From: Thermoanaerobaculia bacterium
GTDB taxonomy: Bacteria; Acidobacteriota; Thermoanaerobaculia; UBA5066; Gp7-AA6
Direction: 5' to 3'
NCBI GenBank assembly: GCA_050745345.1
Contig: JBOGJK010000257.1
Coordinates: 1 to 32,161 of the forward strand
Length of the DNA stretch: 32,161 nucleotides
In this document: positions 15,234-23,163 of the stretch, in pieces
Layout of the letters: each line of letters starts with the position of its first letter
Position numbering within the stretch: position 1 is the first letter of the stretch
Notes under the pieces: model-generated
The model's database searches: none
The model's input: the letters and a program-made list of their open reading frames with translations, nothing else
Told to the model about the DNA's origin: nothing
Position numbers and translations under genes: made by a program

Positions 15234-17330
15234 ATGACGGCAAACCGCGGCGTCCTTCTGGCGGCGGGATTTCTCGCTCTGGTTCCGCTCTCGACCGGGG
15301 GTCCCCGAGCGCCACGCGCGCTCGACCCGCGCGGCCCGTCGGCACAGGCCTATTCGCCCAGCGCAAAAGAGTTCTACATGACCGAAGACGAGATCGGCTA
15401 CATCCGGCCGGGCTTCCACATCACCGTCAACTCGATCACGATCCCGGAGGATCGCCGGCCGGTCGTGGACCTCTCCTTCACCGACGACTTCCAGCAGCCG
15501 CTCGACCGGCTGGGGCAGGTGACGCCGGGACCGCTTTCGATCAGCCAGGTGCTGGCCTGGTGGGACGCGGGGACCCGGTACTACACGGCCTACACGACAC
15601 GGGTCCAGAAGAGCCCGATCACCAACGTCTCCGCCACACAGGCGGCCGCGGACTCGGGAGGAACGTGGACGGACCTCGAGATCGGGCACTCGATCTACAG
15701 GTTCCGGACCGTGCTGCCCGCCGGATTCGACCAGACCAAGACGCACACGCTGGCGATCTACGCGACCCGCAACATGGCCGGGATCCAGGAGAAGAACTAC
15801 TACGACAACGTGGAGTACGACTTTCGTCCCGACGGCGCAGCGGTCACCGAGGTCTGGGACAAGACCTCGGAGGGCATCTGCAACCGGTGCCACGACCTGC
15901 TTGCCCTGCACGGCGGGTCCCGGCAGGAGGTCAAGCTCTGCGTGACCTGTCACAACCCGCAGACCACCGACCCGGACACGGGCAACACCGTGGACATGAA
16001 GGTGATGGTTCACAAGATCCACCGGGGCGAGAACCTGCCGAGTGTCGAGGCCGGCAGGCCTTACCAGATCATCGGGTTCAACCAGGGCGTCAACGACTAC
16101 TCCACCGTCGTCTTCCCGCAGGACATCCGTAACTGCGTCCGGTGCCACACGGAACCGGCCACCCAGAACGCCAACTACTACACGTTCCCCGCCCGCGCGC
16201 CCTGCGGCGCCTGCCACGACGACATCAACTGGACCACGGGGGAGAACCACGCCGGCGGGCCGCAGGCGGACGACTCGGCCTGCTCCTCCTGTCATCGGCC
16301 GCAGGGTGATCGGGAATGGGACGCTTCGATCCTGGGGGCGCACACGGTTCCCTACAAGTCCACGCAGCTCAAGGGTCTGAACGCGGAGATCCTGTCCGTG
16401 TCCAATGCCGTGCCCGGCCAGAAGCCGACGGTCACCTTCAAGATCACGGAGAACGACGCCACGCCCGTTCCACCCGCCTCCTTCACCACGCCCACGGGAG
16501 GGAGCAACCTCAACCTGCTCCTGGGCGGCCCCACCACGGACTACGCCATCAACCCGCGGCGGGAGCGCGCCGACGGGGCGAGCTTCAACGGCACGATCGC
16601 GACCTACACCTTCAACAACGCAATCCCCGCGAACGCCACGGGCACTTGGGCCTTCTCGATCGAGGCGCGCCGCACGGTCACGCTCGACCCGGCGCCCCAC
16701 GACAGCCCGACGATCACGGAAGGGGCCTTCAACCCTGTTTACTACGCCTCCGTCTCGGGCGGCACGCCCGTCGCACGGCGCGCCGTGGTGGATCTGGCCA
16801 ACTGCAACACGTGCCACGATCGGCTCGTGCTCCACGGCGGACAGCGCCTGAACACCGAAGAATGCGTGATGTGCCACAACCCGAACGCGAGTGACGTGGC
16901 GCGGCGTCCCGCCGACAAGGCGCCCGTCGAGTCGATCGACTTCAAGCGGATGATCCACCGGATCCATACGGGCGAGGAGCTGACGCAGGACTACACGGTC
17001 TATGGGTTCTTTACTCCACCGAATCCGCCCAATCCGATCAACTTCAACGAAGTGCGCTTCCCCGGCGACCGGCGCGACTGCGAGACGTGCCATGTCCCGG
17101 GCGCCCAGCAGGTGCCTGAAGATGAGGCGCTCGCCACGCGCCTGCCGACAGTCACGCTGCGGGACTGGTACACGCCGACACAGCCGGTCGCCGCCGCCTG
17201 CCTCGGCTGTCACGATGAGCGCCACGTGGCGGCCCACGCGTACGTCATGACAGCGCCCTTCGGTGAGGCCTGCGCGGCGTGTCACGGGCCGGAGGCGGAG
17301 TTCTCCGTCGACGAGGTTCACGCTCGGTAG
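15234..17330 (+). CDS. Decaheme cytochrome c, OmcA/MtrC-family-like (two heme-free domains alternating with two pentaheme domains)
   Basis: Ten CxxCH motifs in two groups of five. Residues 1-215 are heme-free, then five motifs, then about 170 heme-free residues, then five motifs. Both groups open with the same signature (CNRCHDLLALHGG..CVTCHNP and CNTCHDRLVLHGG..CVMCHNP). A signal peptide is present but has no lipobox Cys. Confidence 0.75.
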   Translation: MTANRGVLLAAGFLALVPLSTGGPRAPRALDPRGPSAQAYSPSAKEFYMTEDEIGYIRPGFHITVNSITIPEDRRPVVDLSFTDDFQQPLDRLGQVTPGPLSISQVLAWWDAGTRYYTAYTTRVQKSPITNVSATQAAADSGGTWTDLEIGHSIYRFRTVLPAGFDQTKTHTLAIYATRNMAGIQEKNYYDNVEYDFRPDGAAVTEVWDKTSEGICNRCHDLLALHGGSRQEVKLCVTCHNPQTTDPDTGNTVDMKVMVHKIHRGENLPSVEAGRPYQIIGFNQGVNDYSTVVFPQDIRNCVRCHTEPATQNANYYTFPARAPCGACHDDINWTTGENHAGGPQADDSACSSCHRPQGDREWDASILGAHTVPYKSTQLKGLNAEILSVSNAVPGQKPTVTFKITENDATPVPPASFTTPTGGSNLNLLLGGPTTDYAINPRRERADGASFNGTIATYTFNNAIPANATGTWAFSIEARRTVTLDPAPHDSPTITEGAFNPVYYASVSGGTPVARRAVVDLANCNTCHDRLVLHGGQRLNTEECVMCHNPNASDVARRPADKAPVESIDFKRMIHRIHTGEELTQDYTVYGFFTPPNPPNPINFNEVRFPGDRRDCETCHVPGAQQVPEDEALATRLPTVTLRDWYTPTQPVAAACLGCHDERHVAAHAYVMTAPFGEACAACHGPEAEFSVDEVHAR

Positions 17331-17360
17331 GAGCGGTCGCTTGACCGCTCCTCCCTTTTT
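17330..17360 (+). terminator. Intrinsic terminator/attenuator-like hairpin between the mtrC-like and mtrA-like genes
   Basis: GGAGCGGTC-gctt-GACCGCTCC is a perfect 9-bp stem with a 4-nt loop, followed by TCCCTTTTT. It starts on the last base of the stop codon. The next start codon is at 17380. Confidence 0.6.
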
Positions 17361-17379
17361 CCGGAAGGACTGAGGTGGG

Positions 17380-18300
17380 ATGAGGCGCCGAGGCTCTCTT
17401 CCGCTTGCCGCGGCGGCGCTGGCCGCCGGGCTCCTTTCGGCGGGCAGCGTTGCGCGGGCGGAGGCTCCTGCTCCGACGCCCGGCGCCGGTCCGGCCGAGC
17501 CGCCGAAGTGCGCCGATTGCCACGAGGAGCAGGTGAAAACCTTCGCCGGCAACCCGCACGCCCGGTACTCGCACCGCGACAAGAAACCGGACCCCAACGA
17601 GATCTGCGCGACCTGCCACGGTGACGGCGCCAAGCACATTCAGGAGGGGGGAGATCCAAAGTTCATCCAGAGTTTCGACGGCGTCGCGGGGGCCGAGCTG
17701 TGCCTCTCCTGCCACGAGAAGAGCGACGAGCACGCCTCCTTCTCGACCGGGTTCCACGCCAACTCGGCCGCGGTGAACTGTCTGTCGTGCCATGCGATCC
17801 ACGGGGCCGTGAGGTCTAGCGAGCAACTGCTGGCGAAGACCCCCGGGCAGCTTTGCCAGAGCTGCCACACGGGCATTTCCGCCGCGCTTCGCAGCAAGCC
17901 CTACGTCCACCGGCTCGACCGGGGCGGGATGACGTGCCTCGACTGCCACGATCCGCACGACCGGAAGGGGCGGAGCGTCAAGTTGACGCGGGAAGGGGAG
18001 CTCGCCTGCCTGGAATGCCATGCGGAGAAGCGCGGCCCCTTCGTGTTCGACCACGTCACCGGCTCGGCCGGGGACTGCCTCTCCTGCCACGAGTCGCACG
18101 GGTCGAACAATCCGAAGATGCTTCAGTGGGCGCGCGTGGACAAGCTCTGCCTCTCCTGCCACTCGCAGACGGGAGGGCCGCCCACGGCGGGCGGGCAGCC
18201 CCCCTCCTTCCACGATCTGACGCTTCCGCGCTACCGCAACTGCACGACGTGCCACGTCGCGGTGCACGGGTCGAACCTGTCTCCGATGCTGCTGAAGTAG
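17380..18300 (+). CDS. Periplasmic decaheme cytochrome c, MtrA/DmsE-family-like
   Basis: Signal peptide ending ARA/EA. Ten evenly spaced CxxCH motifs in 306 aa, and a C-terminal CTTCHVAVHGSN resembling the MtrA-family ending. GAGGTGG SD. Confidence 0.8.
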   Translation: MRRRGSLPLAAAALAAGLLSAGSVARAEAPAPTPGAGPAEPPKCADCHEEQVKTFAGNPHARYSHRDKKPDPNEICATCHGDGAKHIQEGGDPKFIQSFDGVAGAELCLSCHEKSDEHASFSTGFHANSAAVNCLSCHAIHGAVRSSEQLLAKTPGQLCQSCHTGISAALRSKPYVHRLDRGGMTCLDCHDPHDRKGRSVKLTREGELACLECHAEKRGPFVFDHVTGSAGDCLSCHESHGSNNPKMLQWARVDKLCLSCHSQTGGPPTAGGQPPSFHDLTLPRYRNCTTCHVAVHGSNLSPMLLK

Positions 18301-18306
18301 GACCGT

Positions 18307-20259
18307 ATGCGACGAGCCGTCCGCCTGCCGTCTGCCGCCCTGGCGCTGCTCCTCGGAGGCGCGCCTGCCCTCGAGGCCGAAGAGATCCCGGTGGAGTTCG
18401 AGCTCGGCTACCGCTTCGTGGATGTCTCGGGCAACGAACAGATGTACCGCACGCAGATCAACGACCGGCCGGGGGTGCTGCTGCGGTCCCTCTCCTGGGA
18501 CTCGACGGCCCCCCCGAGTCGCTTCTTCGATTACGCCCACCTCGACGTTTCCGACGTGGGCGCGGGCCCCGCCGGGATGCTGCGCTTCCGGGCGGGGCAG
18601 GTGGACACTTTTCGGCTCTCCTTCACCTGGCGGCGCACGAACCTCTACAGCGCGCTGCCGGCATTTGCCAACCCGTTTCTGGAGGAGGGGATCGTCCCCG
18701 GCCAGCAGAGCTACAACCGCGTGCGCGACATCTACGACGCGACACTCGAGATCTTCCCGGGCAAGAAGTTCACGCCGATCCTCGGCTACACGCGTAACGT
18801 CTATGGAGGCCCGGGACGCACGACCTACCACGTCGGGGAGAACGAGTTCGCCCTGGACCAGGAGGTCCACTCCCGTGACGAGGAGTACCGCGTGGGCCTC
18901 GCCTTCGACGTCGGGCCGGTCCGGGGTCAGGTCATCCAGGGGTGGCGGCGCTACCGGTGGGACGACACGGCGACGCTGCGAGCGGGCGAGAACGACGGGA
19001 ACATCTCTTTCCCGATCCTCGGCCAGGAGATCACGGCCGACGGCATCGATCGGACGACCGAGAACCGCACCAACACGCCGGTCACCAGCGTCTGGGTCGC
19101 GGGCCAGCCGCTCTCGCGGGTCAAGCTCGTCGGAAGTTACGTCCGCGCCGACGCGAGCGGTGAAACGACCTCAACCGAGGAGGACGCGGGCAACTTCGTC
19201 TCCTTCCAGATTGCCCGTTTCTTCAAGGGGCTGGAGGAGACGATCAGCGCGCAGGCCGACACGGAGTACTGGCGCGGTTCCGTGCGCGCGGACGTGAACC
19301 TGGCGCCCAACGTCGATTTCACGGGCGGCTGGACGGAGAAGAGCCGCACGCTCGAGGGCCAGGCCCTGCTCTCGAGCCTGTATCTGGACACCGTGACCTA
19401 CGGCGGCATCGCCGTCGGCGACCTGCTCCAGGCGATCCAGGACGACACGGCGCTCGACCGGACCGACCGCACGTTCGACGCGACGGTGACGGCGCGGCTG
19501 ATCGGCCCCCTGGCGGCCAACGCGGGATGGTCGCAGACCCGTCAGAACGTGACGTTTTCCGGCGGCGGCTCCGAGCTGCTGGCGGAGGAGGCCGGGGAGG
19601 AGTTCACCCGGACGGTCAACACCTTTGGCGCCGGCTTCACGTTCTCGAAGGCCGGCCTGACGCTCGCGGGAGACTACCGGCGCGACGATGCCAATCGGCC
19701 GATCCTTCGGACCGATTTCGCGGACCGCGACCGCTTGAAGTTCCGCGTCGCCTACTCGTGGAAGGACCTGCTCCGACTCGGCGGAACCTGGCGGGAGGCC
19801 CGCGCCGACAACAACGTTCCGCAGATCGGCTACGAAACGAGGGTGCGCGAGGTCGCCGGAGACCTGGAAGTCGGCCCGATCGGGAAGATTCTGACGCTCC
19901 GTGCCTCGGCCGGTGAGTTCCGGGTGGACCGCGAGATCCTGATCCGAGTGCCTCAGGACTTCGACATCGTGCCCACGGTCCAGAAGGAGATCGGGCACAC
20001 GTGGGAGGGAGGGCTGCGGCTGGCCTGGCAGCGGCTCCTCGTGGACGGCGCGTACCTCTGGATGGGCAACGGCGGCTCCATTCCCTTCACGATCAACCGG
20101 GTGCGCGCCCGCGCCGAATACGGCATCCGGCCGAACATCGGGGTCGTCGGCGAGTGGCTCCGGGACCAGTACAGCGAGGACCCCGCCTTCGACCAGGCCG
20201 GACCGCTCGCCGACTACGACGCGAACCGGTACGGAATCTTCATCCACTGGCGGCCGTGA
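18307..20259 (+). CDS. Outer-membrane beta-barrel protein, MtrB/PioB-family-like
   Basis: Starts 7 nt after the decaheme gene. Signal peptide, 650 aa, no heme motifs and no Cys. Many short amphipathic stretches rich in aromatic and charged residues (YRFVDVS, FRLSFTWRR, YRVGLAFDV, LKFRVAYSW) and an aromatic C-terminus (GIFIHWRP). The call relies largely on context and composition. Confidence 0.6.
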   Translation: MRRAVRLPSAALALLLGGAPALEAEEIPVEFELGYRFVDVSGNEQMYRTQINDRPGVLLRSLSWDSTAPPSRFFDYAHLDVSDVGAGPAGMLRFRAGQVDTFRLSFTWRRTNLYSALPAFANPFLEEGIVPGQQSYNRVRDIYDATLEIFPGKKFTPILGYTRNVYGGPGRTTYHVGENEFALDQEVHSRDEEYRVGLAFDVGPVRGQVIQGWRRYRWDDTATLRAGENDGNISFPILGQEITADGIDRTTENRTNTPVTSVWVAGQPLSRVKLVGSYVRADASGETTSTEEDAGNFVSFQIARFFKGLEETISAQADTEYWRGSVRADVNLAPNVDFTGGWTEKSRTLEGQALLSSLYLDTVTYGGIAVGDLLQAIQDDTALDRTDRTFDATVTARLIGPLAANAGWSQTRQNVTFSGGGSELLAEEAGEEFTRTVNTFGAGFTFSKAGLTLAGDYRRDDANRPILRTDFADRDRLKFRVAYSWKDLLRLGGTWREARADNNVPQIGYETRVREVAGDLEVGPIGKILTLRASAGEFRVDREILIRVPQDFDIVPTVQKEIGHTWEGGLRLAWQRLLVDGAYLWMGNGGSIPFTINRVRARAEYGIRPNIGVVGEWLRDQYSEDPAFDQAGPLADYDANRYGIFIHWRP

Positions 20260-20301
20260 GCCGATAGGATTCCCGCCCGCGGTTGCCGAAGGAGGAATCG
20301 G

Positions 20302-20589
20302 ATGAGAATACGGAGTTCACGGCTTGCTTTGACGGCGGCGCTTCTCTTCTGGGGAGGGTGGGTCGCGTTCTCAGGATCGTCCTCGGCCTCGCTCGACACC
20401 CAGAAGCAGGCGAAGGCGGCCGGCGTCGACGCGAAGAACTGCCTGTACTGCCACGTCGACAAGCTGCCCAAGAAGGAAGCGCATGAGTTAAACGACGCCG
20501 GCAAGTGGCTCGTGGCCGAGAAGGAGAAGCGCAAGGCCGACAAAGTCGACGGCGCCTGGTTGAAGGACTATCCCGGCGGCAAAAAGTAG
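20302..20589 (+). CDS. Small (95 aa) mono-CxxCH protein, Lys/Glu-rich; tandem paralog 1
   Basis: AAGGAGGA SD, N-terminal hydrophobic segment and a single NCLYCH motif. The C-terminal WLVAEKEKRKADKVDGAWLKDYPGGKK is conserved with the next gene. Confidence 0.7.
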   Translation: MRIRSSRLALTAALLFWGGWVAFSGSSSASLDTQKQAKAAGVDAKNCLYCHVDKLPKKEAHELNDAGKWLVAEKEKRKADKVDGAWLKDYPGGKK

Positions 20590-20619
20590 CCTTCCGAATC
20601 TCGAGCGGGAGGTCGAATC

Positions 20620-20907
20620 ATGAGGAGAGCGGCTTCGAGGCTGGGTCTCGCGGCGCTCCTGCTGAGCTGGTCCGGTTGGCTTCTTCTGACCGGAACCTCC
20701 TCGGGCACCCTTCCCATGCAGAAGAAGGCCAGGGAGCTGGGCTTCGCGGCGGAAAACTGCCTCTACTGCCACGGAGAGAAGTTGCCGAAGAAGGAGGCCG
20801 TCTCATACAACGACCGCGGCAAGTGGCTGATCGCGGAAAAGGAGAAGCGGAAGGCTGCGGAAGTCGACATGGCCTGGCTCAAGGACTATCCGGGCGAGAA
20901 GAAATAG
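20620..20907 (+). CDS. Small (95 aa) mono-CxxCH protein; tandem paralog 2
   Basis: GGGAGG SD and the same length as the preceding gene. 60 of 95 residues are identical by manual alignment, including NCLYCH, KLPKKEA, GKWL.AEKEKRKA and AWLKDYPG. Confidence 0.7.
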   Translation: MRRAASRLGLAALLLSWSGWLLLTGTSSGTLPMQKKARELGFAAENCLYCHGEKLPKKEAVSYNDRGKWLIAEKEKRKAAEVDMAWLKDYPGEKK

Positions 20908-21025
20908 CGCCCGAGTGTCTCCGCGCGCCGTCGCAAGCGGCGCACCCGGGAGGGCGATCGCCCGTCCGGAGGTCGCCGGCGTCGCGGCTGCAACGCGCCT
21001 GCGGCGGTTCTTTCGACGGAAACCG

Positions 21026-22270
21026 ATGAAGCTCCCACTGGCCGTCGTTGCCTTGTCCTTGGCTGGCGCCTCGCTCGCGAACGCGGCGGAGCCGGTCGGA
21101 CCCCCGCCGAACGAAGACTGCCTCACATGCCACGGGGAAACCGACGCCAGCCGCTCCGACGGCCGATCGGTGTTCCTCGCCAAGGAGAAGTTCGCCTCAT
21201 CGGTCCATGGCGAAGCCGGTCTGGCCTGCGTGGACTGCCATGCGGATCTCGCGAAAGCGAGGGAGTTTCCGCACGCCGAGAAGCTCGCCCCGGCGCAGTG
21301 CGCGAGCTGCCACGGCGACGTCGTGTCGGACTACGGAAAGAGCGTGCATGCCGACGCGCGCCGGAAAGAAGGCGCGAGCCTCGCGGCCAGCTGCGCCGAC
21401 TGTCACGGGTCCCACGACATCCGGCCCTCCAAGGATCCCGCGTCTCGAACCTATGCCCTGAACCTGCCCTCGACCTGCGCAAACTGCCACGGCAATCCCG
21501 ACGTGATCCGGAAGGGGCACATCGCGATCGGCAACGTCGCGGCGCTCTACGAGGACAGCATCCATGGCCGCGCCGTCTTGAAGAGCGGTCTCGTCACGGC
21601 GCCCAACTGCAAGACTTGCCACGGGATGCACGACATCCGCCGCGCCGCCGACCCGGCGGCCAGGGTCTTCCGCGGCAATCTTCCGTCCAACTGCGGATCG
21701 TGCCACCAGGGCATCCTCCGCCTCTATGAGCAGGGCATCCACGGCACGCTCTTCCGCGGGGGCGACAAGCGCGTTCCCGTCTGCACCGATTGCCACACGG
21801 CGCACGACATCCGCCAGGTGGAGGTCCAGGGATGGCGCCTGGAGGTCCTCAGGGAATGTGGAACCTGCCACGGGGAGCCGCAGGAGACCTTCCGGGATAC
21901 GTACCATGGACAGGTGACGAACCTCGGCTTCGAGCGGATCGCCACCTGTTCCGACTGCCACAGGGCTCACGACATCTTTCCCGAGGCCGACCGGCGCTCG
22001 ACGGTCTCGGCCGCCGGGCGTGTCGCGACGTGCCAGAAGTGTCACCCCGGAACCAATGAGAAGTTCGCCCTCTACGATCCGCATCCCAACCCGAAGGACC
22101 GCTCGCGCAACCCGCTCCTCTTCTACGCCGCGATCTTCATGAAGTGGCTGCTCATCGGCGTCATGGCGTTCTTCGGGCTGCACGCGGTCCTCTGGTTCCC
22201 GCGCTCCTGGCGCGCCCGGCGCGAGGGCGATGGCTCGGAGCCGCCGGCCCGGAAGGGAGAGAAAAAATGA
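21026..22270 (+). CDS. 11-heme cytochrome c with C-terminal membrane anchor
   Basis: Start chosen at the ATG giving a signal peptide (MKLPLAVVALSLAGASLANA/AEP). Eleven CxxCH motifs, several in the recurring form CxxCHGxHDI. C-terminal TM helix LLFYAAIFMKWLLIGVMAFFGLHAVLWF. Confidence 0.75.
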   Translation: MKLPLAVVALSLAGASLANAAEPVGPPPNEDCLTCHGETDASRSDGRSVFLAKEKFASSVHGEAGLACVDCHADLAKAREFPHAEKLAPAQCASCHGDVVSDYGKSVHADARRKEGASLAASCADCHGSHDIRPSKDPASRTYALNLPSTCANCHGNPDVIRKGHIAIGNVAALYEDSIHGRAVLKSGLVTAPNCKTCHGMHDIRRAADPAARVFRGNLPSNCGSCHQGILRLYEQGIHGTLFRGGDKRVPVCTDCHTAHDIRQVEVQGWRLEVLRECGTCHGEPQETFRDTYHGQVTNLGFERIATCSDCHRAHDIFPEADRRSTVSAAGRVATCQKCHPGTNEKFALYDPHPNPKDRSRNPLLFYAAIFMKWLLIGVMAFFGLHAVLWFPRSWRARREGDGSEPPARKGEKK

Positions 22271-23106
22271 CGGGCGACGCCTCGGCGGGAACCCTCCGGC
22301 GCTACGTCCTGCGGTTCGACCGGTTCGACCGCTTTCTCCATTTCCTGTTGATGGTCACCTTCCTCGGGCTCTCGCTGACGGGGCTGCCGCTGCTCTTCTC
22401 GACACACGGCTGGGCCGCCGTGCTCGCCCGTCTGCTCGGCGGGTTCCGCGGCGCGGGGTTGCTCCATCGGACCTTCGCCGTGGGCATGCTCGCCTGCTTC
22501 GGGATGCACCTCGCGCGGCTCGCCTACCGCCTCCTCGCCAGGCGGGACTGGGGGATTCTCTGGGGCCCGCACTCCATGGTGCCTCAGCCCCGGGACTTCG
22601 TTCAGCTCTTCCAGAACTTCCGCTGGTTTCTGGGCCGCGGCGCGCGGCCGAAGTTCGACCGCTACACCTACTGGGAGAAGTTCGACTACTGGGCGGTCTT
22701 CTGGGGCATGGGGATCATCGGCGGCTCGGGGTTGATCCTCTGGTTCCCGAAGTTCTTCGCCCGGGTCCTGCCCGGCACGGCGTTCAACCTGGCCCTCCTC
22801 ATCCATGGAGAGGAGGCGCTGCTCGCCGTCTGCTTCATCTTCACGATCCACTTCTTCAACAGCCACCTGCGGCCCGAGAAGTTCCCGATCGACAGGGTCA
22901 TCTTCACCGGCGTGGTTCCCGAGGAGGAGCTGCGCCACGAGCGCCCGGCGGAGTACGAGCGGATCCGGGAGAGCGGGCGCCTCGAGGGTCTCATTTCGGA
23001 GCCGCCGACAGCGACCGTGCTCAAGCGGGCCAACATCTCGACCGCCGTCGCCGTATCCTTCGGTCTCGTGCTCGTTTTGCTGACGATCTTCGCGCTGCTA
23101 GGCTAG
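22267..23106 (+). CDS. Membrane b-type cytochrome (FdnI/HydC/Ni-hydrogenase cytochrome b-like)
   Basis: ATG overlaps the upstream stop (ATGA). Multiple TM helices carry conserved-looking His residues (FLHFLLM, LLHRTF, LLIHGEE, IHFFNSH). No CxxCH. Confidence 0.7.
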   Translation: MTGDASAGTLRRYVLRFDRFDRFLHFLLMVTFLGLSLTGLPLLFSTHGWAAVLARLLGGFRGAGLLHRTFAVGMLACFGMHLARLAYRLLARRDWGILWGPHSMVPQPRDFVQLFQNFRWFLGRGARPKFDRYTYWEKFDYWAVFWGMGIIGGSGLILWFPKFFARVLPGTAFNLALLIHGEEALLAVCFIFTIHFFNSHLRPEKFPIDRVIFTGVVPEEELRHERPAEYERIRESGRLEGLISEPPTATVLKRANISTAVAVSFGLVLVLLTIFALLG

Positions 23107-23163
23107 ACCCTGCGGGCGGGAGCCGGCTGCGCGCAGAGGTCCGACCCGAGGAGGTCCGCACTC

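Noticed and set aside
14919-17639. 906-aa ORF on the minus strand
   Set aside because: It is antisense to the decaheme gene. The translation is Arg/Gly/Pro/Val-rich low-complexity sequence with no motifs. Long stop-free antisense frames are expected at this GC content. The + strand protein has ten regularly spaced CxxCH motifs.
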